In this document: positions 17,752-26,222 of the stretch, piece by piece | Layout of the letters: each line of letters starts with the position of its first letter | How positions within the stretch are numbered: position 1 is the first letter of the stretch | Source of the DNA: a virus | Taxonomy: Duplodnaviria > Heunggongvirae > Uroviricota > Caudoviricetes | Reading direction: 5' to 3' (one strand) | DNA length: 44,051 bases | Virus record (IMG/VR): IMGVR_UViG_3300045988_124839 | Notes under the pieces: generated by a model | The model's input: the letters and a program-made list of their open reading frames with translations, nothing else | What the model was told of the DNA's origin: nothing | Databases searched by the model: none | Made by a program: the position numbers and the translations under genes

Positions 17752-17916
17752 CTACCTCGCCTGCCCCTTTTCGTCCTCATCCAACTTTCTGATGGCCGTA
17801 GAATCAATACCCGCCGCCATACACACATCAGATGCAACAAACCACGGTTCGCCGTTGATCATCACTACACGAACCTGATGCTCTTCCTGAAAGGAAAATA
17901 CTGCTAACGCGCTCAT
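17752..17916 (-). CDS. short BRO-N-like ORF (possible antirepressor N-terminal fragment, 54 aa)
   Basis: Hand translation MSALAVFSFQEEHQVRVVMINGEPWFVASDVCMAAGIDSTAIRKLDEDEKGQAR; GEPWFVA.DV core resembles BRO-N domains; GGAGG 4 nt before ATG; not in the ORF track because it is under 60 aa. Confidence 0.4.
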   Translation of the reverse strand: MSALAVFSFQEEHQVRVVMINGEPWFVASDVCMAAGIDSTAIRKLDEDEKGQAR

Positions 17917-18146
17917 TCAGCCTCCTTATCGTGCAGCAATTGCGACGAGAGCGATGCTGAATAACCCTGTGCTTCGTGTGTTAGCTCACACGCAATTTGA
18001 AGGAGTTTCCCTGCTTCTGAGAGATAAATCGACGCCTCACAACTGGAGATTGTTCGATGGGCTGATGATACGAGCGCATAGACCTGAGCCAGACGTTCAT
18101 CCAACGATTCCAGCAGGCCAACAGTGTTCATTTTTACCTGATTCAT
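17913..18146 (-). CDS. hypothetical protein (77 aa)
   Basis: ORF with GAGGTGG RBS; stop overlaps the start of the next ORF (ATGA). Confidence 0.4.
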   Translation of the reverse strand: MNQVKMNTVGLLESLDERLAQVYALVSSAHRTISSCEASIYLSEAGKLLQIACELTHEAQGYSASLSSQLLHDKEAE

Positions 18147-18683
18147 GCAGCCACCTCGCGCACCGGAATACGGGCAGACAATACCAGGACAAACCGGCTG
18201 GCAAACTGGCGACGAGCTTCCCGTTCAGATGACGCGATGGTGGAAAGATGATGGATGTGTGACTTTTTGTCTGTGCGAACGATTGCCGCAAATTTGAATT
18301 TGAACATGGTATGCACTCCGTTTAATTGGTCGTGCTACCACCAGAGTTCCTACGCTCTATATGGCGGTAGCCCAGACGGGGGTAGGAATACCGGTAAACG
18401 AAGAAACCGGCCAGCTAAAAGCTGCCCCATCTGAGCCACCATAAATTTGGTGTACGCAGATTTTACACACAAAAAAACACGCTGGCGCGTGTTGTGCGCT
18501 TCATTTACTCGGGTTCCTACGCCCGGCTACGGGATTTACCGTAGCGGAGTAAACTTTACCGTCAAAACGACGCGCACGTCAATAATTTGCAAAGACATTT
18601 TACCCCGTGACCAGTCACGGGGACAGGTGTTTTTATAGTTTGCTTGAACGAGTGATCAGAAGTTGATCGTTAATCAAAGGCCA

Positions 18684-18995
18684 TTACTGATTAAGAGATT
18701 GGAAATACCTAACTAACTTACCGGCATCATCACATTTTTCTTTATCTTCGTCCTTAACATAGCCGCGACAAAAGGCTGAATAAAATTTTGCATTTTCAGA
18801 AGCAAAAGCAGCCGTCGAAAGGAGCAGCTCTTTGCATGACTCTTTTGATGCAGCATCGGGATTATTTTTACATGCAAGCTCCGCTGATGAGTTAATAACA
18901 GAAATGCTATCTTCCTGGGCATAAACCGCAGCAGAAAAGGCAAAACATAAAACAAAAATAAAACTCTTCACTTTATCTCCTGTAACAGTCATCAC
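18684..18995 (-). CDS. small secreted cysteine-containing protein (signal peptide)
   Basis: N-terminal KVKSFIFVLCFAFSAAVYA-QED signal-peptidase I type signal; four Cys in the mature part; AT-rich gene. Confidence 0.5.
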   Translation of the reverse strand: MMTVTGDKVKSFIFVLCFAFSAAVYAQEDSISVINSSAELACKNNPDAASKESCKELLLSTAAFASENAKFYSAFCRGYVKDEDKEKCDDAGKLVRYFQSLNQ

Positions 18996-18998
18996 AAT

Positions 18999-19406
18999 TC
19001 AATCAACTTTTTTAGCATCAGCCATACGATTCAACCAGGAATCAACAATCGGTTGCTCATCTACAGAATGTTTACCAGGTATAACTCGCCAGCTATCTTG
19101 CGAAAATCTGCCGTACTTATGCGGGAATAGGCCTTTCTTTATCTCCCACCATGTACTAGGAAAACCATCCACAAAAGTACCAATTAACAGGAGAGGGACA
19201 AAAATCAGAGCTACAAACCATCGTGCAAGAAAGTGTTCAACAACAACATTTTCACCGTTGTAGTAATACGCATACGCATCCAATATGCGAATTTTCCTTA
19301 CCTTAAAAATAGCCTTATGCTGAGAACGACTTAACTTGATACGAATATATCCCTTATCCAAAGGGGATTCGTATTTGTATGATTGAACAGCCATTTTTAA
19401 CCCCAC
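18999..19406 (-). CDS. membrane protein (one transmembrane segment)
   Basis: 135 aa with hydrophobic segment WFVALIFVPLLLIGTFV; contiguous with neighbours on the - strand. Confidence 0.45.
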   Translation of the reverse strand: MGLKMAVQSYKYESPLDKGYIRIKLSRSQHKAIFKVRKIRILDAYAYYYNGENVVVEHFLARWFVALIFVPLLLIGTFVDGFPSTWWEIKKGLFPHKYGRFSQDSWRVIPGKHSVDEQPIVDSWLNRMADAKKVD

Positions 19407-19723
19407 TCACCATCAGCAAACAAAGCGTTATACTCTGACAATGGTAGACGGTTGCCCTCGATGTAGAGATTCAGTTCATACTTCGTCTCCGGGTTTTCCT
19501 TGTCGGCTCGTTCCCAACGCTCAGCAGCCTTACGCGCCAATAATTCCACTGCTTTCAGATAATCCTCCGTACGGAACCAGCCAAAGATAAGGCCACGATC
19601 TGTTACAGCCCAGGCGACCTTTTTTTCTTCCTCCTGGATAGCCCTAATGCGTCGTTCGCATTCATCCCGGCAGAACTGCAGCTGACGGTAATCAAGTTTG
19701 TCCAAAAATGCAGTAGTAGACAT
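19397..19723 (-). CDS. hypothetical protein (108 aa)
   Basis: Compact ORF overlapping its neighbours, downstream of repA on the same strand. Confidence 0.45.
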   Translation of the reverse strand: MSTTAFLDKLDYRQLQFCRDECERRIRAIQEEEKKVAWAVTDRGLIFGWFRTEDYLKAVELLARKAAERWERADKENPETKYELNLYIEGNRLPLSEYNALFADGEWG

Positions 19724-19727
19724 ATTT

Positions 19728-19919
19728 TTACTCCCCGTTCACCGAAAATTCACGATAGAAACGTTTCCACATACGATAAGTCTGCGCAAATTGTTCACCA
19801 CGAAACATCGCCTTCCTGGCCTTCATGTTTTCCTTGTGAGACTTTCGGTCTATGAACCAAAACCATAGATGGAACACACAAAGCAAGAGACACAAAGATA
19901 ATATCCAATCATTACCCAT
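19728..19919 (-). CDS. small hydrophobic protein (63 aa)
   Basis: Internal ATG at 19919 overlapping the repA stop; hydrophobic segment LSLCLLLCVFHLWFWFI. Confidence 0.35.
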   Translation of the reverse strand: MGNDWILSLCLLLCVFHLWFWFIDRKSHKENMKARKAMFRGEQFAQTYRMWKRFYREFSVNGE

Positions 19920-22900
19920 AGAAAGCGCCCTGCTCTTCGTAGCTGCATGAGCTATTCCCCGTAATGTATTCACGTAACCGCCGCAGCTCATTGCTGGAAA
20001 GGTGATCCATGAACTCTGTGAGGTACAGGGATGCAAACGTCATAGCTATGCTGGCTGATGACCATGATGACATAGTGGCCAACTCCTCACTGGAAAGCGC
20101 ACTCATCGCCCAGGACTCAGGTACAGCCACTGGCAACACGGCCAAAGCCTCAGAAATTACTGAATGAGGGGCGTTTTGAACCTGCTCGTTTGTGGATCGC
20201 GTTTTATCATCCATATATATATTGAGATCCAAATCGCGATCCATTTCGATGGCTGTCTTCTCGGCTTTACGCGTTTTTAGGGTTAGGCCATCTTTCTGAC
20301 GCTGAACAAGAATATCCAGCATAAATGCCGCTGATTCAGGCTCAACAAAACGCAAGGTTGGACGCTTATCGCCGTCTCTGCCGCGACGTTTACCTGTTTT
20401 AAGGCCAAGAGAGTCGCAAATGTTTTTAAACAACGCTTCCGGCACTTTAGGCTTCCCTTTTGGCGTCATAAAACCACCAATGTGCAGAACGTTATTCAAC
20501 AGGTCACGGCGTTCGGCTGTCATGAGGTTATCTCGAGCGAATTTGAGACGCTCCTGAGTCGCCTCGCCGGTCATAGTCTCAGGGTTGATACCGCAGTCGA
20601 TAAAGTACTGCCGGAGAGTTGCTGATTTAAGCGCATAGAAACCGCGCGCCCCGACTTCAACAGTAGGAGTAGCTTTTACCTTGTGATCGATTATTCCAGG
20701 GAATTTAGTTTTAAAGACATCATCAGCCTGCTCGCGAGTCATCGCGGTCACTACAAAATATTGCCACTGTCCCGCCTGACGGTATGCGTAGGTAAAATTG
20801 ATGGCTGCTTCTTCCCGGTCGTAACGACGAGCTGTTACCTCATCTAAAAGCATTGTTTCATAGCGGCGAATTTTGTCTCGAGCACCATCGAAATAGAATT
20901 TTAGCGTGCCTTCTTCAACCGGTAGTTTCAGTTCGTTTTCAATATCCCAGCGGACAAGTTTTGCCTGTTCTTCAAGCGTCAGCGCGCGTTTTTTTAGCAG
21001 TTCTTCACGCTCTGATTCTTGTGGAGTTTCTGTATTGAGGTGCAGATCCAGTGTCTGTTCCCACACAATATCCCGCGCTTCTTTACGCAGATCTTTACCG
21101 ATATCATTCGCAGCATAATCGGTGGCCAGCGGCGATACCTTATAACCGTCGCTGTGCATGATGCAGATCATGTTGCTGGCGTAGTCGTTACGCGCAGTCG
21201 CTTCAATTGCGGCTGCTTTAATTTTCATCCTGGTAAAGTCGGTATTGGCCACCCCCATTGATATACGGTCGCCATCGAAAACGACATCCGTCAGTTCACC
21301 GTTCATACCTGCGGTAGCAAGCAATGCCTGGGCGAATGCTCGTTCTATTTTTTGCGGGTCAGTTTCACGTTTTGCACGAGCTTTATCAAAGCCGATAATA
21401 AATTCTTTCGCTGTACGGTCGCGGCGTAGCATTTGCACTGCGTCGCTGGGTACAACTTCACCACAGAACATGCCGAAATGACGGTCAAAATGTTTTTGCT
21501 CAATCGACACGCCGGATGAAATAGACGGGCTATAAATCAGGCCGTCGTATTTTTTGACCATCTTTTTCGGTTGATTGGTAAATGCTTCAACTTCTGGCTC
21601 TGGTTTGTTTTTCTGGTTTACACACAGAAATTTCTTACCAGGAAAATGCATTCTCAGGGTGGCTGTCACATCTTCTGCAAAGGTGGAGCTGTCGGTGGCC
21701 AACATGATTTTTTCCCCATCCGATACAGCTTTCACCACCTCGGTCATGATGCGATCTTTTTCTGTATAAAAAACCCGGATTGGCTCACCTGTTTCGCGGT
21801 TGCGAACATCAACAGGTAATTCAATTACGTGGATCTGCAGCCATGCCGGTAAACCTAGTTCTTCACGGCGTTTCATAGCCAGTTCAGCCAGGTCAACCAG
21901 CAGATCGTTCGCATCAGCATCTACCATGATTGGGTGTTGTTCCGTTCTGGCCAGCGCGTCAATTAGCGTATTGAATACAGCCACCGGGTTTTCCATAGCC
22001 CGACCGGAAAGAACGGCACGTAGCCCTTGTGTGGCCTCGTCAAAGCCAAAATAGTCGTGCTGGCGCATCAACGGTTGCCAGCAGTTTTTAACAATCGAGT
22101 TTATGCAGATGGTCAGTTTACTGGCGTATGGAGCCATTTCCTGATAGCCAGGATCCTGATAGTGCAGGATATCGGCTTTTACACCTTTTCCTTCTGTCAT
22201 CATTTCCCACAGGCCACCAATAAGGGAGACACGGTGAGCAACAGAGATACCACGTTCTGAGCTATGCATTAACGGTCGTAACAATCCAGTAGATTTGCCG
22301 GAACCCATACCAGCACGGACGATGACTATCCCCTGTAGTGATTGCACGTACTTCAGGACATCATCGGTCATTACCGAAGTTTCAAAACGCTTATAGGTGA
22401 TATGTTGAGGGCGTTTATTGGGATCAGTTATGCGTTCGCTGAAAGAGCGCGGAGCCTGGGCAATACGGCACTTTTTATTCAGGCGACGGGCAATGTGGTC
22501 TTTTACCGTAGCGCGATAGATATTTTCCAGTCCCATTTCACGCAGAACGATGCAGAACATGTTAAATAAATCTGACGGACTGTTAGGAACCGGACAGGTT
22601 AGCATGCCAATATCAACCGCTCTCAGCAGCTCTTTGGCAAAAGTACGACGGTTATCCCGCTTAATTGTCTTCAGGCGGTTGAGCGTCAGAGATAGCAAAT
22701 CAGTACCGGTTTTCAGGCGGTTTGCTGTTGCAAATAGTTGACGTGCTGTTTCACGAAGTCCACGTAGTTTGTGCAGGTCGTTGAAGTCACTGCACTCCAT
22801 TTGCGGATCGTCTTCAAAAGTTGGATAGACGCAGCGGACATCGTTGAATTTCGATAAGATTTCATAGCCAGTCCGCAGGCCTGTATTCCCTTTTCCTTCT

Positions 22901-23907
22901 GTGGCAGATTTCCGGTCATTATCCAGTGCGCAGGTGATTTTTGCCGCCGGGTACATGTTTACCAGTTGTTCCACAACATGAACCATGTTGTTAGCGGATA
23001 CAGCGACAACCACAGCGTCAAAGCGTTTATCTTTTTTCGTGGCAAGCCAGATGGATGCACCAGTAGCAAAACCTTCTGTAACAGCGATGTTTTGCGCCCC
23101 TTTCAGCTCACCGATAACAAAGCAGGCACCGACGAAATCGCCGCTGGTTACTGCGCTGGTCTGGTATTTCCCACCTTGTTTGTCGATTCGCTGCCAACCC
23201 ACAATACGACCATCATAACGACCGTCCAGGTGAGCCAGAGGGATAGCCATATATGTGGTTGGCCCCCGGCTCCATTTCGCACTGTCGTGACTGGTCACGC
23301 GACGCACATCACATGAACTAAAAACGTCACGAATACCTTTTTTAATCGCATATGGCCATGAGCCGTCTTCAGCCGGAGCATGTTCCCACGCGCTGTGGAA
23401 TGCCAGCCATCCCAGCAAACGTTCATGGTCCATTTGGTTGTTTTTCAGGTCATTAATTCGTTTTTGTTCTTCACGGCGACGACGTGCTTCGGCCTGACGT
23501 TCTATTCTTTCCCGTTCTTCTTCCGGTTGTGCGACCACGGTCGCATTATTCCGTTGTTGCTCACGGCGATATTCAGAAAACAGGAAGGAGAAACCGCTCC
23601 ATGAGCCAGCATCGCTGCCTTTATGGACGAAGTTAATGAACGGGTAATCAATCCCTTTGCTGTGTTCCAGCCTGGAGTAAATTTCTACGCGTCCTTTCAG
23701 GCTCTTTTCGAGAGCTTCTGGAGATGTTTTATTGTATGAAGAGTAACGCTCACCCCCCCCGCGAGGGTTGAGTTGGATGTTGTCGGAACAGGCAGGCCAG
23801 TTGATACCAGCCATCTGTGCCAGCTCGGTTAGTTCATCCCGTGCTGCTTCAATTAGCGAGAACGGATCGCTGCCAAAGCGATCCGCATAGAAATCGTTTA
23901 ATGTCAT
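19912..23907 (-). CDS. repA: replication protein RepA (primase-helicase)
   Basis: 1331 aa; Walker A GMGSGKST; size and position (leftward, between telN and cB) as N15 RepA (about 1320 aa). Confidence 0.85.
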   Translation of the reverse strand: MTLNDFYADRFGSDPFSLIEAARDELTELAQMAGINWPACSDNIQLNPRGGGERYSSYNKTSPEALEKSLKGRVEIYSRLEHSKGIDYPFINFVHKGSDAGSWSGFSFLFSEYRREQQRNNATVVAQPEEERERIERQAEARRRREEQKRINDLKNNQMDHERLLGWLAFHSAWEHAPAEDGSWPYAIKKGIRDVFSSCDVRRVTSHDSAKWSRGPTTYMAIPLAHLDGRYDGRIVGWQRIDKQGGKYQTSAVTSGDFVGACFVIGELKGAQNIAVTEGFATGASIWLATKKDKRFDAVVVAVSANNMVHVVEQLVNMYPAAKITCALDNDRKSATEGKGNTGLRTGYEILSKFNDVRCVYPTFEDDPQMECSDFNDLHKLRGLRETARQLFATANRLKTGTDLLSLTLNRLKTIKRDNRRTFAKELLRAVDIGMLTCPVPNSPSDLFNMFCIVLREMGLENIYRATVKDHIARRLNKKCRIAQAPRSFSERITDPNKRPQHITYKRFETSVMTDDVLKYVQSLQGIVIVRAGMGSGKSTGLLRPLMHSSERGISVAHRVSLIGGLWEMMTEGKGVKADILHYQDPGYQEMAPYASKLTICINSIVKNCWQPLMRQHDYFGFDEATQGLRAVLSGRAMENPVAVFNTLIDALARTEQHPIMVDADANDLLVDLAELAMKRREELGLPAWLQIHVIELPVDVRNRETGEPIRVFYTEKDRIMTEVVKAVSDGEKIMLATDSSTFAEDVTATLRMHFPGKKFLCVNQKNKPEPEVEAFTNQPKKMVKKYDGLIYSPSISSGVSIEQKHFDRHFGMFCGEVVPSDAVQMLRRDRTAKEFIIGFDKARAKRETDPQKIERAFAQALLATAGMNGELTDVVFDGDRISMGVANTDFTRMKIKAAAIEATARNDYASNMICIMHSDGYKVSPLATDYAANDIGKDLRKEARDIVWEQTLDLHLNTETPQESEREELLKKRALTLEEQAKLVRWDIENELKLPVEEGTLKFYFDGARDKIRRYETMLLDEVTARRYDREEAAINFTYAYRQAGQWQYFVVTAMTREQADDVFKTKFPGIIDHKVKATPTVEVGARGFYALKSATLRQYFIDCGINPETMTGEATQERLKFARDNLMTAERRDLLNNVLHIGGFMTPKGKPKVPEALFKNICDSLGLKTGKRRGRDGDKRPTLRFVEPESAAFMLDILVQRQKDGLTLKTRKAEKTAIEMDRDLDLNIYMDDKTRSTNEQVQNAPHSVISEALAVLPVAVPESWAMSALSSEELATMSSWSSASIAMTFASLYLTEFMDHLSSNELRRLREYITGNSSCSYEEQGAFYG

Positions 23908-24030
23908 TTTTTAGCCATTCCATGCGAATTATGTTTTTTCGGGTTGAAAAAATCCGCAGGAGCAGCCACAATAAACGCATCTTGAATTGACGGAATCCGT
24001 CGCGTTACTGTGGCTGCTTCCTGAAAAGGA

Positions 24031-24058
24031 CCCGAGTTTGCCGACTCGGGTTTTTTTT
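24031..24058. terminator. hairpin plus T-tract between cB and repA
   Basis: CCCGAGTTTGCCGACTCGGG followed by TTTTTTTT on the + strand (weaker U-tract on the - strand); flanked by inverted repeat GCAGCCACA...TGTGGCTGC (23962-24017). Confidence 0.5.
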
Positions 24059-24152
24059 CGTCTTTTTTCTGCTGCTGTAACCTGAGTCAACCCACAGAAC
24101 ATATGCCCTGCATTAAACCAGATTTACAGCAAACAATAAACCCCGTATTAAG

Positions 24153-24749
24153 TCATCTACCCTCAACCATGAATGATTTGATCGTTCCGACTATTTGGTG
24201 AACAAATTCAAGATCGCTTTTCCTGAAGATGGCGCGTTGTGAGTTTGTTCCATCCAGATAGTAATTTTCATCATCAAAACGGGCCAGGCGCTGGATAGTG
24301 ATATTTCCTGCAGTATCACGAACCAGAACATCCTCGCCGGGGACCAGTTCCAGCGCAGAATCGACCAGGAGAAAATCGCCTGGCTGATAGTTTCCCTGCG
24401 TAAGATTGCTGATAGTTAACGCATACACAGTATTGCGCTGGCTGATGAATGGCAGGAATCGCTCAGTATTTGGAACCTGTCCCGGCTTCCACTCTTCATC
24501 CGGCCCACTTTCAGTTGTGCCAATAACAGGAATGCGATCAGGATCATATTCTGTCCCATATAGCACCCAATGCACTGGCTTGCGTAAGCACTTAGCCAGG
24601 GCAATACCTATCTCCAGTGACGGCATTACGTCGCCACGTTCTAAGTTTTGGACGCCTGCTATAGAGATATCGACAGCCTCAGCAACTTCTCGCAACGTCA
24701 GCTTCATCTCTAAACGGCGTGCTTTCAGTCGTTCGCCTCGTGTTTTCAT
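24153..24749 (-). CDS. cB: CI-like prophage repressor (N-terminal HTH, C-terminal S24/LexA-like domain)
   Basis: 198 aa; N-terminal HTH (LTLREVAEAVDISIAGVQNLERG); C-terminal region resembles LexA/CI S24 fold; divergent from a cro-like gene across an operator-like spacer. Confidence 0.75.
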   Translation of the reverse strand: MKTRGERLKARRLEMKLTLREVAEAVDISIAGVQNLERGDVMPSLEIGIALAKCLRKPVHWVLYGTEYDPDRIPVIGTTESGPDEEWKPGQVPNTERFLPFISQRNTVYALTISNLTQGNYQPGDFLLVDSALELVPGEDVLVRDTAGNITIQRLARFDDENYYLDGTNSQRAIFRKSDLEFVHQIVGTIKSFMVEGR

Positions 24750-24771
24750 ACTGTAATCATAAATGATCTTC

Positions 24772-24813
24772 TTATAGCTGGCTATAAAATTTATTTATTA
24801 TAGCTGGCTTTAA
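24772..24813. promoter_or_regulatory. putative operator repeats in the cB-cro intergenic region
   Basis: TTATAGCTGGCT occurs twice (24772-24783, 24798-24809); the first copy is part of the imperfect palindrome TTATAGCTGGCTATAA; TATAAT-like hexamer just upstream of the cro ATG. Confidence 0.5.
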
Positions 24814-24840
24814 TTGTTGTTTATTGTTTATAATAACAAC

Positions 24841-25062
24841 ATGAAACCAGAAGAACTTATTCGCCACTTTGGCAGTGTAGAAAAAGCAGCGGCAGGGGTA
24901 GGTGTAACACCCGGAGCTGTTTACCAATGGTTAACCGCTGGAGAGATTCCTTCATTGCGGCAAAGCGATATTGAAGTTCGTACTGCTTATAAGCTGAAGA
25001 GTGACTTTACAACTCGGCGGGTAAAGCAGTCGATTAAGGAGAGTCGTCAGCGTGGAGCTTGA
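24841..25062 (+). CDS. cro: Cro-like HTH regulator
   Basis: 73 aa from the internal ATG at 24841 (ORF track starts at 24814); HTH GSVEKAAAGVGVTPGAVYQW; divergent from the repressor gene. Confidence 0.6.
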   Translation: MKPEELIRHFGSVEKAAAGVGVTPGAVYQWLTAGEIPSLRQSDIEVRTAYKLKSDFTTRRVKQSIKESRQRGA

Positions 25063-25762
25063 GTATATACGCAGCTGCGTCTCTACGGCATTGGCTGATG
25101 TTCATTATCGCCAGCGTGGCATTCTGGAGGTCCAGCTTGAGCAGATGCGTCTCGGTAGGTCAGGACGGTTTAACAATAAACCAGTCCGGTCAATCAGTGT
25201 GGGGGATGATAACTCATACGAAGTGTCCGTTCCTGCTGAGCCGGTTAGATTCCACCAGGGGAAAACATTTAAACAATCATCAATGTTGCTCACTGATATT
25301 GATTTTCAGAGCGCCAGCTGGCGCAGGGCTATTGGTCAGTTGAATAACGAGGAATCAGCCTGGCTTTATTATTGCTACGGATGCAAGCCTGATTACAACA
25401 ATGATGTGATTGTTTGTCAGTGGTTATGGCTTGATTTTCTGGTTGCTCATTCGGGGGGCGGCTTAAAAAAAATGAAGGCCTCCACGAAAAAAGCCATGCG
25501 GAAATTGATTTATTACGCGGCACAGCAGGTTAAATCAGAACTTACGTGTGCTGAGGCAGTTGATGAGAGAGAACAGGACAGGCATCTGAGTTTTCTACTG
25601 AATATATCTATTGATAGCTGGAGACAAGATTATAAAGAACGTTGGCTTTTAATTAAGTCGCGATGTCTGAGCTTAAATCGAACTGCATTATTAAATGCGG
25701 CGGAGAAGCGCAGTGAAATCATCAAACGCCATCGGGCAGGAAGTGCCATTCTGCCTTTGTAA
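25052..25762 (+). CDS. hypothetical protein (236 aa), candidate regulator downstream of cro
   Basis: GTG start overlapping the cro 3' end; no recognisable motif; any Q-like antiterminator role is inferred from position only. Confidence 0.45.
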   Translation: MELEYIRSCVSTALADVHYRQRGILEVQLEQMRLGRSGRFNNKPVRSISVGDDNSYEVSVPAEPVRFHQGKTFKQSSMLLTDIDFQSASWRRAIGQLNNEESAWLYYCYGCKPDYNNDVIVCQWLWLDFLVAHSGGGLKKMKASTKKAMRKLIYYAAQQVKSELTCAEAVDEREQDRHLSFLLNISIDSWRQDYKERWLLIKSRCLSLNRTALLNAAEKRSEIIKRHRAGSAILPL

Positions 25763-25769
25763 ACAAGTT

Positions 25770-26015
25770 ATGTTCAGGAAACCGTCGAAGCCAGAATTAA
25801 GGTATTCGGGGGTAAGAAATGAATATGTTATCTGGTGTCCAACTTGTGGTTACAGGACACGACCAGATAGTAATAAGCAGTCTGTAATTGCCGATTGGTA
25901 TTTATCAAATCAGCCAGGTAATAAGCATATAGAAAATCTTTGGATTAAGCGTTACTTGGAAATCAGAGAGGGTGCGACCGTGGTCGCACAAGAAAATGAA
26001 AATAACGCCATTTAA
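25770..26015 (+). CDS. small zinc-ribbon-like protein
   Basis: From the internal ATG at 25770; CPTCGY motif; the 3' end contains centromere-like palindrome 1. Confidence 0.35.
   Translation: MFRKPSKPELRYSGVRNEYVIWCPTCGYRTRPDSNKQSVIADWYLSNQPGNKHIENLWIKRYLEIREGATVVAQENENNAI
25972..25989. other. SopB-binding-like centromere palindrome 1 (GTGCGACC-GT-GGTCGCAC)
   Basis: 8-bp inverted arms around a 2-bp centre, same architecture as the F sopC core TGGGACC-AC-GGTCCCA; one of four copies in the window. Confidence 0.7.
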
Positions 26016-26025
26016 GCAGGGGCCG

Positions 26026-26199
26026 ATGACGCATGATGAAGCAGAGCGTCTTTCAGATACTTATCGGCGGCGTGGTAAGAAAGTTCTGGTTGTTCGTTCT
26101 GATTTTTTAGGTGATGGATATTGCGTTTATGTTCATTTACCTGAATCAGAAAGAACGCCAAAACCATCCAGAACATATCAACAGAAAATTTGGGTATAG
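26026..26199 (+). CDS. hypothetical protein (about 57 aa)
   Basis: ORF fills the gap between neighbouring genes; start uncertain (ATG 25996 or 26026). Confidence 0.3.
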   Translation: MTHDEAERLSDTYRRRGKKVLVVRSDFLGDGYCVYVHLPESERTPKPSRTYQQKIWV

Positions 26200-26222
26200 A
26201 TAAACGTTGAGGAGAATTATTC

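Noticed and set aside
19912-23907. Numerous 60-120-aa ORFs on the + strand inside repA
   Set aside because: Antisense to a continuous 1331-aa reading frame with helicase motifs; no RBSs; low-complexity translations.
25972-26199. ORF-track entries starting exactly at centromere-like palindromes (25972-26199 and 33994-35115)
   Set aside because: The GTG/TTG starts lie within the palindromes; real starts are downstream (ATG 26026 or 25996, and ATG 34255 with AGGAGG RBS).
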